Part shown: one piece after another, positions 40,775 to 51,266 of the stretch
How the letters are laid out: each line of letters starts with the position of its first letter
How positions within the stretch are numbered: the stretch's first letter is position 1
Made by a program: the position numbers and the translations under genes
Source of the DNA: Bacillota bacterium
GTDB taxonomy: Bacteria > Bacillota > Clostridia > Oscillospirales > Ruminococcaceae
Direction: 5' to 3'
DNA: 64,000 bases
Assembly (NCBI GenBank): GCA_023458875.1
Contig: JAEWXO010000046.1
Span: 178-64,177, forward strand
The notes under the pieces: model-generated
Told to the model about the DNA's origin: nothing
Databases searched by the model: none
What the model saw: the letters and a program-made list of their open reading frames with translations, nothing else

Positions 40775-41545
40775 TTATTCAAAAAGGTAGGCCGTCATTG
40801 ACAATGATCCCATTTCGCAGGATTTATTGTAAACACTGATCTTATCATCTTCATATGACGCTCCAAGCGTATATAAAAGAGGATAAAAATGATCCGGGAC
40901 TGGCACTGCTAGCCTTGAAATATTACCGAGTTCATTGAAGTTCAGGATATTTTCATGATTCTTACTCATAATATTTTTATAAATATATTCATCAAATTCA
41001 TATGCCCAATCAAAACCCTTATTTGCCTTATTCCAATCAAGCAGTCTTAAGTTGTGGACAACATTTCCGGTTCCGAATATCAGAATACCCTGCTCTCTCA
41101 ATGTTCTTAACTCTTTGCCTACTTTAAAATGTTCTTCCGGGGGCGCATCAGCATCTATACTTATCTGAAATACAGGAATATCTCTATCCGGATACATGTG
41201 AACCAGGACTGACCATGTTCCGTGGTCGATACCCCAGGAATTATCAAATTTTGTTTCCTTAGAAATCAAATTCTTAGAGATTTTTGCAAAATCGGGTGAA
41301 CCAGCTGTTTTATACGTAACTTCATATAATTCCTTTGGAAAACCATACATATCGTATATAGTTCTTGGGACTTCCTCATTCATAATATGGGTACCTTTTG
41401 TAAACCAGTGAGCAGAAACGGATAATATAGCCTCTGGTTTGGGTATCGTTTCAGCTATATTTCTCCATGTGCCGGTATATTGGTTATCCTCAATGGCATT
41501 CATAGGTGATCCGTGTCCTACAAATAAAGCCGGCATCTTTGACAT
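40775..41545 (-). CDS. ygiD: LigB-family extradiol dioxygenase (YgiD / 4,5-DOPA dioxygenase-like)
   Basis: GHGSPM, SAHW, DHG.W, GN.VHNL and DHF.PL motifs. Confidence 0.88.
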   Translation of the reverse strand: MSKMPALFVGHGSPMNAIEDNQYTGTWRNIAETIPKPEAILSVSAHWFTKGTHIMNEEVPRTIYDMYGFPKELYEVTYKTAGSPDFAKISKNLISKETKFDNSWGIDHGTWSVLVHMYPDRDIPVFQISIDADAPPEEHFKVGKELRTLREQGILIFGTGNVVHNLRLLDWNKANKGFDWAYEFDEYIYKNIMSKNHENILNFNELGNISRLAVPVPDHFYPLLYTLGASYEDDKISVYNKSCEMGSLSMTAYLFE

Positions 41546-41633
41546 ATGGAATAACACCTCCTTAAAGTATAACCATGAAATTGTTAAATGAATCAACGGC
41601 AATATCAATACGATTCTCATTCAATAATTTTAA

Positions 41634-42323
41634 TTACTCCGGTAATGAAATTTCAACAAGTTCTATACCATTGCAGCAGCGGATTGTTGTATTCTCATAT
41701 TGTGTAACATAATTGGCATGCATATGTGCGTGAAAAACATACTTAGGATTTTTCTGCTCTATGTATGTTGCTATTCCTGTCAAGCCACTATGCGCGTGTA
41801 CAATAACAGGCTTCGGCCTTTTAACAGGGATCGGTTCGGTTGTTTCACTAATTCTGAATGATTTTTTTATAAAATTACGGAAAGAAAAAGATCGAATTTT
41901 TTTGGGTGTATCATCTACAAAATATTCTACGAAGCAGGGTTTATCATGGCAAAGTAATATATCGCATTTCGGTAATTCTTCAAGTTCACGCTCACTTTCA
42001 GCATTAGTATGGAGCAGAAAATAATCATCATTTTTATATTTAATCGCTCCCCCGTATCCCCCTAAATTAAATCCATTAAAATTTACAACATTTAAATGCA
42101 GGTCTGTAATTCCATGCCTTTCTAAAACAGGAGGATCATCATGATTACCAACAACTCCGAACATTGGTACATCTTTAAAAAAAGAATAACTCCGGATCGT
42201 TGAAAAATCATCAGGTGCAACATCTCCAAGTAAGAATATTACATCAGGCTTGCTTTGAATTACTTCTCTCATTTTCATTTGCCTTAAATTACCGTGCGTA
42301 TCTGATATTACTGCAACCATCAT
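41634..42323 (-). CDS. Calcineurin-like metallophosphoesterase
   Basis: SDTH, LGD, GNHD and HAHMH motifs. Confidence 0.85.
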   Translation of the reverse strand: MMVAVISDTHGNLRQMKMREVIQSKPDVIFLLGDVAPDDFSTIRSYSFFKDVPMFGVVGNHDDPPVLERHGITDLHLNVVNFNGFNLGGYGGAIKYKNDDYFLLHTNAESERELEELPKCDILLCHDKPCFVEYFVDDTPKKIRSFSFRNFIKKSFRISETTEPIPVKRPKPVIVHAHSGLTGIATYIEQKNPKYVFHAHMHANYVTQYENTTIRCCNGIELVEISLPE

Positions 42324-42728
42324 ATTATCATAACCCCCTTATAATTTTCTTTCTGCTTGTTGGAAAGCTTAATTTTAAAGCGTTTTTGTACTCTTTATTA
42401 TGTGCTTCATCAAACAGAACCATGCACTATAAACATTGGGCCAAAGTGGACTGGTTTCTATTTGGCATATTGTAATTCCAACAAATACTTTCCATAAATA
42501 TTTTATTTCTCTTTCCTGATTTTTAAGTAACAATAGAAATAATATATATCATATAATTTATTGTATCATATTTTTAAATTTTTTTCAATATTTCAACAAA
42601 AAAGACATCCTGAATTTGTTTGCAGGGTGTCTAATGTTATATATTATTTCTATTCCAAGTCTTAATTCTCTTATTTTCTTATATCAACTTATATCAATAA
42701 GAAAAATCAAATTGTGATTTGCATATTC

Positions 42729-43124
42729 TTAGTTCAGCAGCCATTCCTTTGAATCTTCCAGTCCATCAAGAAAAATCACTTCAAAACCATTTCCGCATAA
42801 ATCCTTACTGATTTTTCTGACGCTGTATCTGTCAAGGCCGACAAAAGCTATCCTCATAAATCGCTTACCACTCTCAAGTACAGATTTTCTTAATGCAAAT
42901 CTAATGTTATCTGTTACATTTGTCTCATCAAAAACAAAACATACATATGATGTGCAAGACGGTCTTGTAAACACAATCGTATCGGCGGCAAGTTTTCTAA
43001 GAACAAGTTCTTCATATTCGTATATTCCATCAAGATGTTCACACCATATTTCGCCACCGTTATATGGCAGGGAAAATGATTTCTTTTTATATCCTGCAAG
43101 TTATTCACCTTCAGATAAATCCAT
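42729..43124 (-). pseudogene. Small hypothetical gene with a premature TAA at codon 8
   Basis: ATG 43124 reads MDLSEGE*LAGYKKKSFSLPYNGGEIWCEHLDG..., in frame with ORF 42729-42974. Confidence 0.7.
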
Positions 43125-43240
43125 GATTTCACCCATTTCTTTAATTTCCGATTAAATTATTATATTTCTTTATGCTTACATTTCTGTAAATTATCAAGTT
43201 AATAAAAGACTCGCTCTGTCTGACAGTTTGACCATCACCA

Positions 43241-43317
43241 TTGACATAATGATATTCTAAGTGATATAATTAAAACAAAAACTGGTTTTAATTATTCGAT
43301 ATTAATGGAACCAGTTC
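43241..43317 (+). promoter_or_regulatory. Promoter with two LacI-type operator candidates
   Basis: TTGACA-18-TATAAT; AAAACTGGTTTT (43278-43289) and GAACCAGTTC (43308-43317). Confidence 0.55.
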
Positions 43318-43335
43318 AAAATGGAGGAATACTGT

Positions 43336-44778
43336 ATGAGAAAAATCAAAGCACTTCTGACAGCTTCTGTTATGGCTTTAACAACACTTTTTTCTTCGGC
43401 GTGGCATTCTTCAAGTCTTGAAGCCAAGTCAATCGATCAGGTCAACATCATGCCGATTGGTGACTCCATCACTTTTGGTCTGGGTGAAGACGGCGGCTAC
43501 CGCAAATATCTGGATTATACATTAAAAACAAAAGGCATTGAATTTGATATGGTCGGACCTGAAGGAAATAATATCAGCAGCTTCAATTACAAAGGTCAGA
43601 GCTGTCAATATGACGGCAACCATGCAGGCTACAGCGGATTTACAATCAAGCAGCAGTACCCTGTTCCAAGCTGGGGAGAGAACGGACTCTTAGAAAAGCT
43701 GAAAAACAAAAATGCTGTCAAACAGGCACAGCCGGATATTGTTTTGCTCATTATCGGCACAAATGATATGACTGCAAACCGCAACCTTAATGACTGCGAA
43801 AAGGATTTGCATTCACTCATTGATTATTTACTCGGTGATATGCCGGAAGACGGCGTTGTTTTCATGGGTTCCATTCCGGAATTCACTGCATATGGCGGAA
43901 ATGCACAGCGTGTCGGAAATTATAACAATACTGTGAAAAAGGTTGCTGAGTCTTACGGTAAAAATGCTCAGTTTGCAGATGTTCATGGCTGTCTTAATGG
44001 TATGGCAGATATGTCAAACGATAATCTTCATCCGAGCGGAGCAGGCTATGAAAAAATGGGTAAGTTCTGGTCAGAAGTCATTGAAGATTATTTATCCGAG
44101 CAAAATGATAACAACGATGACCCTGAAAATCCTGAGATACTGCGTTCAGATTTTGAAAACGGTCTTTCAGGATGGCAGGGACGTGGCAGTGTAAGCATAT
44201 CAGCGACTACAGATGAAGCTTCAAATGGAATTACATCAGCTTTTGTAATAAATCGCACTGCAGCCTGGAACGGAATTTCATATCCACTCAGCAGTAAGCG
44301 ATGCCCTGCAGGCACGCACATAAGCGTACAGGCAAAAATCATGCAAAAAACAGGTAGTCCTGTACGTTTCAAAATGACAATGCAGTATGACAATGATGGA
44401 AATGCTGTTTATGACACATTTGTCGAAACCGATGCAGCTTCAGGCAAATGGGTGACACTTTCTTCTGCTGATTATGTAATTAAAGAAGGTTCAAATCCTG
44501 TTCTGTATATTGAAACAGACACAGATCTTTGCGATTTTTATCTGGATGAAGTTATCGTTATGAAAACGGACGGAACAGTTTTACCTGAAAATGATCCAAT
44601 AGGTGATTTAAACGGTGACGGTGAATTCAATGTTGCTGACCTTTTTCTTCTTCAGAAGTGGATGTTAGCTGACCCTGACGTGATACTTGATAACCTGAAA
44701 GCTGCTGATTTAAACGAAGACGGTATACTCAATCTTCTTGACCTTTGCATTATGAAAAGTATGCTGATAAATGCATAG
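43336..44778 (+). CDS. Cellulosomal SGNH esterase (CE3-like acetyl xylan esterase) + CBM22-like module + dockerin
   Basis: Signal peptide; GDSIT, GTND and DNLHP; CBM_4_9-type module; duplicated GDLNGDG / ADLNEDG Ca-binding loops. Confidence 0.88.
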   Translation: MRKIKALLTASVMALTTLFSSAWHSSSLEAKSIDQVNIMPIGDSITFGLGEDGGYRKYLDYTLKTKGIEFDMVGPEGNNISSFNYKGQSCQYDGNHAGYSGFTIKQQYPVPSWGENGLLEKLKNKNAVKQAQPDIVLLIIGTNDMTANRNLNDCEKDLHSLIDYLLGDMPEDGVVFMGSIPEFTAYGGNAQRVGNYNNTVKKVAESYGKNAQFADVHGCLNGMADMSNDNLHPSGAGYEKMGKFWSEVIEDYLSEQNDNNDDPENPEILRSDFENGLSGWQGRGSVSISATTDEASNGITSAFVINRTAAWNGISYPLSSKRCPAGTHISVQAKIMQKTGSPVRFKMTMQYDNDGNAVYDTFVETDAASGKWVTLSSADYVIKEGSNPVLYIETDTDLCDFYLDEVIVMKTDGTVLPENDPIGDLNGDGEFNVADLFLLQKWMLADPDVILDNLKAADLNEDGILNLLDLCIMKSMLINA

Positions 44779-44814
44779 TTCTGACTGAGCAATCCCCAAA
44801 GTCAAAAATTTAAT

Positions 44815-44858
44815 CCCCCTGTTATCAGTTGCGTTGTACTGATAACAGGGGGTTTTTA
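44815..44858 (+). terminator. Intrinsic terminator
   Basis: CCCCCTGTTATCAGT / ACTGATAACAGGGGG followed by a T-tract. Confidence 0.88.
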
Positions 44859-44895
44859 TGTATAAAAATTATTAATGAAAAATTATTCCACCGTT

Positions 44896-44948
44896 TTTCT
44901 CCTAAAACATTGACAATACTCCTAATTAGGAGTATAATATAGGAGAAA
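44896..44948 (+). promoter_or_regulatory. fic promoter with palindromic operator
   Basis: TTGACA(44910)-17-TATAAT(44933); 20-bp palindrome ATACTCCTAATTAGGAGTAT. Confidence 0.8.
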
Positions 44949-44972
44949 GATTAATATTAGGAGGAAATTTTT

Positions 44973-46070
44973 GTGAGAAAATTTGATTATTCAAAACTTG
45001 AAAGTTGCTTATGGGATAATGAAATAATAAACTTTCTGACACAGATACATGAACATAAAGGCCGACAAGAGTTGTTTTCACGTCAGAAGCCCATTGAATC
45101 GGAAAAACTTACAGAAGTTGCAAAGGTGCAATCGGTAGAGTCTTCCAACCGTATTGAGGGTATAATAACTACAAGCACTCGTATTGACCAGATTGTAAAA
45201 GAGAAAATAACACCGAAGAACCGGGATGAAAAAGAAATAGCCGGATATCGTGATGTTCTGAATACAATCCATGAAAGCCATAATTATATATCCATCACAG
45301 GAAATATAATTCTTCAGCTTCACCGTGACATGACAAAATACTCTGAATCCAGCTCAGGCGGCACATATAAGATTACACAGAACTATCTGAAGGAAACCAG
45401 ACCAGACGGCACTGAGTTTATCCGTTTCACTCCTGTTCCGCCTTATGAAACCGCACCTTGCATCGAAGCAATATGTGAGAGTTACAGACTTGTCATTGAA
45501 TCCCGAAAGGTTAATTCCCTTCTGCTTATTCCGGTATTTATTCACGATTTTCTATGTATCCACCCGTTTAATGACGGAAACGGCAGAATGAGCCGGCTTC
45601 TGACATTATTGCTTCTTTATCGGAACGGATATGAAGTCGGAAAGTATATAAGTATTGAAAAACATATAGAAAAAACAAAAGAGGTTTACTATGACGCTTT
45701 GGAAGAAGCATCACAAGGCTGGCATGAAGAAACTGATAATCCTAAACCTTTTATAAAATATATGCTGGGTGTTATTCTTGCCTGCTATCGTGAATTTGAG
45801 GAAAAAGTAAAAGCAATTGGTGAAGTGACCGTTGTTGAGATTATAAACGGAAAAGCTAAAGCATCAACTATAAAAAGCAAAGCCTACGATGTTGTAAAGA
45901 CAGCAGTTAATTCAAAAATCGGAAAATTCACTAAGAAAGAAATCTCCAATATATGCCCGAGTATCAGCGAAAAATCAGTTGAAGCTTCTCTTAAAAAGCT
46001 CATTGACGAAAATTATATTGAACTTCATGGAGCAGGCAAAAACAGCTTTTATGCCAGAATTTCCTCCTGA
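44973..46070 (+). CDS. Fic-family protein with C-terminal wHTH
   Basis: HPFNDGNGRMSR; N-terminal inhibitory motif SSNRIEG. Confidence 0.93.
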   Translation: MRKFDYSKLESCLWDNEIINFLTQIHEHKGRQELFSRQKPIESEKLTEVAKVQSVESSNRIEGIITTSTRIDQIVKEKITPKNRDEKEIAGYRDVLNTIHESHNYISITGNIILQLHRDMTKYSESSSGGTYKITQNYLKETRPDGTEFIRFTPVPPYETAPCIEAICESYRLVIESRKVNSLLLIPVFIHDFLCIHPFNDGNGRMSRLLTLLLLYRNGYEVGKYISIEKHIEKTKEVYYDALEEASQGWHEETDNPKPFIKYMLGVILACYREFEEKVKAIGEVTVVEIINGKAKASTIKSKAYDVVKTAVNSKIGKFTKKEISNICPSISEKSVEASLKKLIDENYIELHGAGKNSFYARISS

Positions 46071-46439
46071 TTATTTAATATATTTGCTAAGCAAATCAGC
46101 AATCTCGGCTTTTTTAAGGACCTTTCCAGCAGCGGCTATTTTTTCGTTTACAACAAGAACAGGCATACTCATAGCACCGTACTCCATAATCCTCTGCATA
46201 TCGGTAATGTATTCTACCTCTATGTTCAGCTTCATATCTGATACAGCAGCTTTTGCATTTTCAAGCAAGACATGACAGCTTTTGCATCCTGAACCAAGAA
46301 CCTTTATACAGCATATTCCGTTAATCTGTTCACCACAGCAAGAAGCTGTTACCGTATTTTCTGCTTTTGTTTCGTTGCAATCACATCCGCAGCAGCACGG
46401 GCAATCCGCTTCTTCTTTCTTCTTTGAAAATAATGACAT
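46071..46439 (-). CDS. Small thioredoxin-family redox protein with Cys-rich N-terminus
   Basis: VLGSGCKSC and YGAMSMP motifs. Confidence 0.85.
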   Translation of the reverse strand: MSLFSKKKEEADCPCCCGCDCNETKAENTVTASCCGEQINGICCIKVLGSGCKSCHVLLENAKAAVSDMKLNIEVEYITDMQRIMEYGAMSMPVLVVNEKIAAAGKVLKKAEIADLLSKYIK

Positions 46440-46465
46440 AGTCAAATCCTCCTGTTTTATATTTA

Positions 46466-46903
46466 TTATTTCATTAGCTGAGCGGCAATCTTAGTTGCAG
46501 ACTCAACAAGCTTAGGACAAATCTCAAGGTACAGCTTTGTTTCCTGAATATACTTTATTTCCTCCGGCTTTCCAAAATCATAGCCCAGTAAATCACGGCA
46601 GATACAAGAGCTGTTTTCAGCTTTGAATTTGTCATAAAACTTCATACTCAGTTCTCTCTCTTTTGTCCTGCCCTCATAGTCATCATCCTTCCCCTGTCCA
46701 TATTTCAGACCTATAGCCATAAGCGCTCCCGTGACACAGCCACAAACCTCGCCTTCATTCATTCCTGCGCCAAAGCAGCCGCCTATTTTCAAAGCCAGTT
46801 CCTCTGGTATTCCGAGTTCCTCAGCAAATGCTCCGAATACGGCCTGTGAGCAATGGTAATGGCGCTCATTAAACAGTTCCGATGATTTTTCAATGTTGTT
46901 CAT
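46466..46903 (-). CDS. C_GCAxxG_C_C family redox-active protein
   Basis: HCSQAV, VCGCVTG, C.DLLG and ICP motifs. Confidence 0.88.
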   Translation of the reverse strand: MNNIEKSSELFNERHYHCSQAVFGAFAEELGIPEELALKIGGCFGAGMNEGEVCGCVTGALMAIGLKYGQGKDDDYEGRTKERELSMKFYDKFKAENSSCICRDLLGYDFGKPEEIKYIQETKLYLEICPKLVESATKIAAQLMK

Positions 46904-46915
46904 ACTCAGTTCCTC

Positions 46916-47920
46916 CTAAATTATAAGTCCTTGTATTGCATTAAAAAAGTATCCTACAATAATAATTCCAAGCGTACAAAGTGCAACAAATATCATGAGA
47001 AGCTTTGGTTTGACAGCCTTTCTCAGCATTATAACCGACGGAAGCGACAGTGTTGTAACCCCCATCATAAATGAAAGAACTACTCCAAGCAACGCACCTT
47101 TTGAAAGCAGGGCCTCAGCTATTGGTATCGTACCAAAAATATCTGCATACATCGGAATACCTGCAATGGTAGCTATTATTACACCAAACGGATTGTTGTC
47201 ACCGAGCAAATTCACGATAAAATCTTCAGGTATCCAGTTGTGTATTATTGCACCGATACCTACTCCGATGAGAACATACGGAAAAACTTTTTTTGCTGTA
47301 GATAAAACCTGTTCCCATGAATATTTTATACGGTCTTTGAAATTAAGCACATCCTGTGGAATATCGATACTTTTTCCGTTGCGGATAAACTCCTCAACCT
47401 GATTTTCAAGTTTAAGCTTTTCTATCAGCGTTCCGCACGTAACCGCTACTATCAACCCGACAATGACATAGATAACAGCAACCTTCCATCCGAAAATACT
47501 CATAAGCAGAACAAGTGAGCCGAGGTCAACCATCGGTGATGAAATAAGGAATGAAAAAGTAACTCCAAGCGGAAGTCCCGCACTTGTAAATCCTATAAAC
47601 AGAGGAATAGATGAACAGGAGCAAAACGGCGTGACTGTTCCTAACAATGCAGCAATGCAGTTTGCGCCGATACCGTGAAATCTTCCGAGTATTTTCTTTG
47701 TTCGTTCTGGCGGGAAATAACTCTGGATATACGAGATAATCAGTATCAGAGTACTAAGCAAAAGCATTATTTTTATTATGTCAAAGATAAAAAACTGAAT
47801 GCTGCCGCCGATACGCTCCGATGTATCCAGACCACATCGATTAAGTAAAATACTGATAAGTCCATAAAGCCATTTCATTCCAAGAAGTTGATTCTGAATG
47901 AAATCCCATATCATCTGCAT
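46916..47920 (-). CDS. ArsP/DUF318-family permease
   Basis: TPFCSCSSIP, FLISSP and IHNWIP motifs. Confidence 0.88.
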   Translation of the reverse strand: MQMIWDFIQNQLLGMKWLYGLISILLNRCGLDTSERIGGSIQFFIFDIIKIMLLLSTLILIISYIQSYFPPERTKKILGRFHGIGANCIAALLGTVTPFCSCSSIPLFIGFTSAGLPLGVTFSFLISSPMVDLGSLVLLMSIFGWKVAVIYVIVGLIVAVTCGTLIEKLKLENQVEEFIRNGKSIDIPQDVLNFKDRIKYSWEQVLSTAKKVFPYVLIGVGIGAIIHNWIPEDFIVNLLGDNNPFGVIIATIAGIPMYADIFGTIPIAEALLSKGALLGVVLSFMMGVTTLSLPSVIMLRKAVKPKLLMIFVALCTLGIIIVGYFFNAIQGLII

Positions 47921-48210
47921 TCACACCCTCCATCCGTCTTACAACAGGAAAGGCTTTCTACATATTCTTTAAATTCGGTCAATGTTTTACAATTAAGCGA
48001 GTAGTAACTCCATTTTCCTTCTTTTCGGACGTTAACAAGACCACAGTCACATAATGTCTTCATATGATGGGAAAGAGTAGGTTGTGTAATCTCAAAGCGT
48101 TCAAGAAGCTTGCAGGCGCATTTTTCACCACCAGACAGCATTTCGATTATTTGCAGACGGTTATTGTCACCGATTGCTTTGAATATAAGCGCAATATCCA
48201 TTGTATCCAT
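47911..48210 (-). CDS. arsR: ArsR/SmtB-family repressor
   Basis: EKCAC.L, QPTLSHHM and GKWSYY motifs. Confidence 0.9.
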   Translation of the reverse strand: MDTMDIALIFKAIGDNNRLQIIEMLSGGEKCACKLLERFEITQPTLSHHMKTLCDCGLVNVRKEGKWSYYSLNCKTLTEFKEYVESLSCCKTDGGCECR

Positions 48211-48221
48211 ATAATTCACCT

Positions 48222-48280
48222 CACATTGATATTTATCTATATGTAAAGTATATCATATACATAGACATCTGTCAATATGT
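48222..48280 (-). promoter_or_regulatory. Two ArsR-type operator palindromes
   Basis: ACATTGATATTTATCTATATGT and ACATAGACATCTGTCAATATGT directly upstream of arsR. Confidence 0.6.
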
Positions 48281-48400
48281 TTTTTTTATTTATCAAGTCT
48301 GATCTCTCAGGTTTTCAGGACTTATTCGTCCTCCGTATCTCATTCACAATAAACTCACCTTCATTTTTGATAGTGAATGTTCGTTTTGTTTTCCATCTTT

Positions 48401-51145
48401 TTATATGCTTATTAGTTTTTCTTTCATCAAGCAAAGGTCAACTACGTTAATAACTCCGTCTTCGCATAAATCAGCAGCTTTCCAATTGGATAGTGTTACA
48501 TCAGTAACCGCCAGAAGCCATTTTTGCAACATTACAACGTCTGCAACATTAAATTTACCGTCTGCGTTTACATCACCGTATAACGTGTCGTTTACTACAA
48601 GCTTTAATTTATTATTCGATAAAGTATTCTTGTTATCAAACTTTACTGTCGGATCTTTACCCTTGACAAGCGGGTTGTCACCTTCATACATTGCAAGACA
48701 GATTGTTGCATTGTCGCTGATTGTGCCGTCATATTCAAACATAAATACCTTTTCATCTTCATCGTGGAAAGTACCTTTTTCTATTTTAATCGGCTCACCA
48801 AAAGATTCAAGTATATTTCCGTTTGAATCGGTTATTTCTGCACAAAGATTGATATTGAAAAATGCAGATGCAAGCCCCGTATTTTTTATTGTAACTTTGA
48901 GCTTGCTGCCGTTTCTTTTTGCAGATATCACAGTAAAATTGTAACCCAATCGGTTAGCCATTTCATCTATAACATCCTTCTGCTCATTATAAAACTTATA
49001 ACTGGCAGCGCCATCCTGATCAAGTGCAAATATGGACAAATGTGCAATCTCAATGCATTCACGAAAATGCTCCGGTGTCCATTTCAGATAAGTGACGTTA
49101 TCCTGTTTCAGCATGTTCTCATAAGTGTTGTGATTATCTGCCATTGTAGGAAGATTAGCCTTATAAGCCGGTCTTAAATCCCATTCAGCATTAGGAGCCA
49201 TAATCAAACCATTATTACGTTTTGTAATTCCAAGTGAAAGTGCATAATCATATACTTCTCCCTTTGCATCTGATAAAACGCAGCACATTGTTTTCCTGAA
49301 TATAGATGCAATATAATCGAGCATATCCTTCTGTATTTCCACTGAAGACATATCGTTGCCAATAAATTCGGATGTATGCCACTCGCCCATGTTACCGAAC
49401 GCGCGGATTCCAATATATTCCACACGTGGATCACCGTCGTATCTGTCTGCCAAAGCTTTGGCAAAGTCCTTGTAAGCCTGAATATATGTCTTATCTGACC
49501 AGTCAGGCACTTTTATCTTAACAGATGGGTCTCCGTATTTATATGTCGCAATATTTTGTTTTGCTCCTTTATCATAAACCCACTGTGGAACAAAGTCATG
49601 TTCTTTTCCGTAATTATCATCTGAACCCGTACTGGTAGTATACGGAATTATTCGCATTCCATATGTCATTCCACTTTGTTCACAGGCTTTTAGCATATCA
49701 TCTATTGCTTTCCAGTTATATTCGCCTTCTTTTGGATTGAGATCTTTCCAGAACAGAACTCCGCTGCAGATCGTTACCACGTCCCATGAGTGGTTATTCA
49801 TAGAGCCATCTATTCCATAAGGATGTTTCGTTTTATACAGCATGTCAGGATTATATACTGTCATAACATATCCCTTATGAGGATTGGCAACAGGACCGCC
49901 TGAGACTTCCGTCTGGTAGTATACTGTCTAAGGAGTATCAAAATCTTTATAAGGATCTTTATCGCCTGTTTCAGTCGGTTCTTCAGTAGAGAAAAGCTGT
50001 TCACTCATTATCTGTGCCAGCTTATTTGCACCAAGTGCATTCGGATGAAGATCATTGTAGTAGTATTCTTTTGCTACTATTTTGGTTTTCTCCAGGCAAA
50101 ATTCAAGCCATGGCTGAAACAAATCAACGATGCCTACATTTTCTGACGCTGCTATTGCATCCATTTCATCACTGAACCACTTTTTTTTGAGAAGCGGATA
50201 TTTTCCGCAGTCATTTATCTCCCCCTGTTGCTTTACAAGGTAGACCGTCATTCCCTTTGCCTTTGCACGACGAACCATTTCGGTCATATATGTAACATAT
50301 TCGGTTGAATCAATCGCATCCGGATGTTTTTTATACTCTTTCGTATAATCATTTATTCCTACTGCTAAAAGCAGGATATCATCCGTTTTACCATAATACT
50401 CTGCCGTCCCGAAAAAGGATCTGTGTAAATCATATGATGTGATACCGCTTGCGGATATGTTTCGTATATCATACTGATTCATATCAACATAATTGCATAA
50501 ATACTGTCCCCATCCTCGCGCTGCATCATCCGATACATTGTAGTAGCTTGCAACTGTTGAATCACCGCCAATCCAGATTGTCGGTTTTGTAGTCGTTCCT
50601 GTCGATGTCTGCTCAATTTCTATCGCACTTATCGAAAACTCAGTTCCTACACCGGAACCTGCATATATATTAAGCTGACCATCTATTACAGGTATCGTGA
50701 AGGAATCGACCGCATTGCTGCCTGTCAAAAAGAAAAGCTGTGATAATCCTTCTGCTCTGATTGTAGCTGACTGGACATCACCTGTCGTAACCGTTATCTT
50801 ATAAACTCCTGCCGGCAAATCAACATTAAATAAATGATTCGGAACATTAGGGTTAAATCGAACAGCATCTGATAATGCCCCTGTCCCGCTCGCCAAAACA
50901 TCATCTACTGCACTCGTATTCGCAAAGCCATATCCCTTTGAAGAATTGTAGCCGTCTTTTGCCGATACTCCTATGTATCCCTCTTCTGTTCCTGCTCCGC
51001 CTAAATCAAATTTCACTGTTCCGTAAGCACCCAAAGCACTGACTTCTACATTCTCCACTTCTGTTTTCAAAGATATAGAAATCATTGTCACAGCAATGGC
51101 AAGCGTAGTTGCTAAAAGTCGTTTCATATTAAGCAATGCCTTCAT
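48401..51145 (-). pseudogene. Multimodular cellulosomal enzyme (RhgT/CE12-like SGNH esterase + GH-A-like DUF4832-type domain + dockerin) interrupted by an in-frame TAG at 49928-49930
   Basis: ORFs 49928-51187 and 48401-49864 are in the same frame, and the 63 bp between them read TVYYQTEVSGGPVANPHKGYV. GDSTV, GWG and DLHP motifs; dockerin GDVNADG / ADLCEDG. Confidence 0.8.
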
Positions 51146-51266
51146 AAAAATACACCTCTCACTAATCTGGGCAGTGACCCAAACCACCCGTTTTTTTATT
51201 TCTTCTAAAATTTTTCGGAGATTTGTAAATAAAAAGAACCATCACCCCCTGTAATCCGGTATCTTG

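Noticed and set aside
42904..43155. ORFs 42914-43132 (-) and 42904-43155 (+)
   Set aside because: Shadow frames of the nonsense-disrupted gene starting at 43124.
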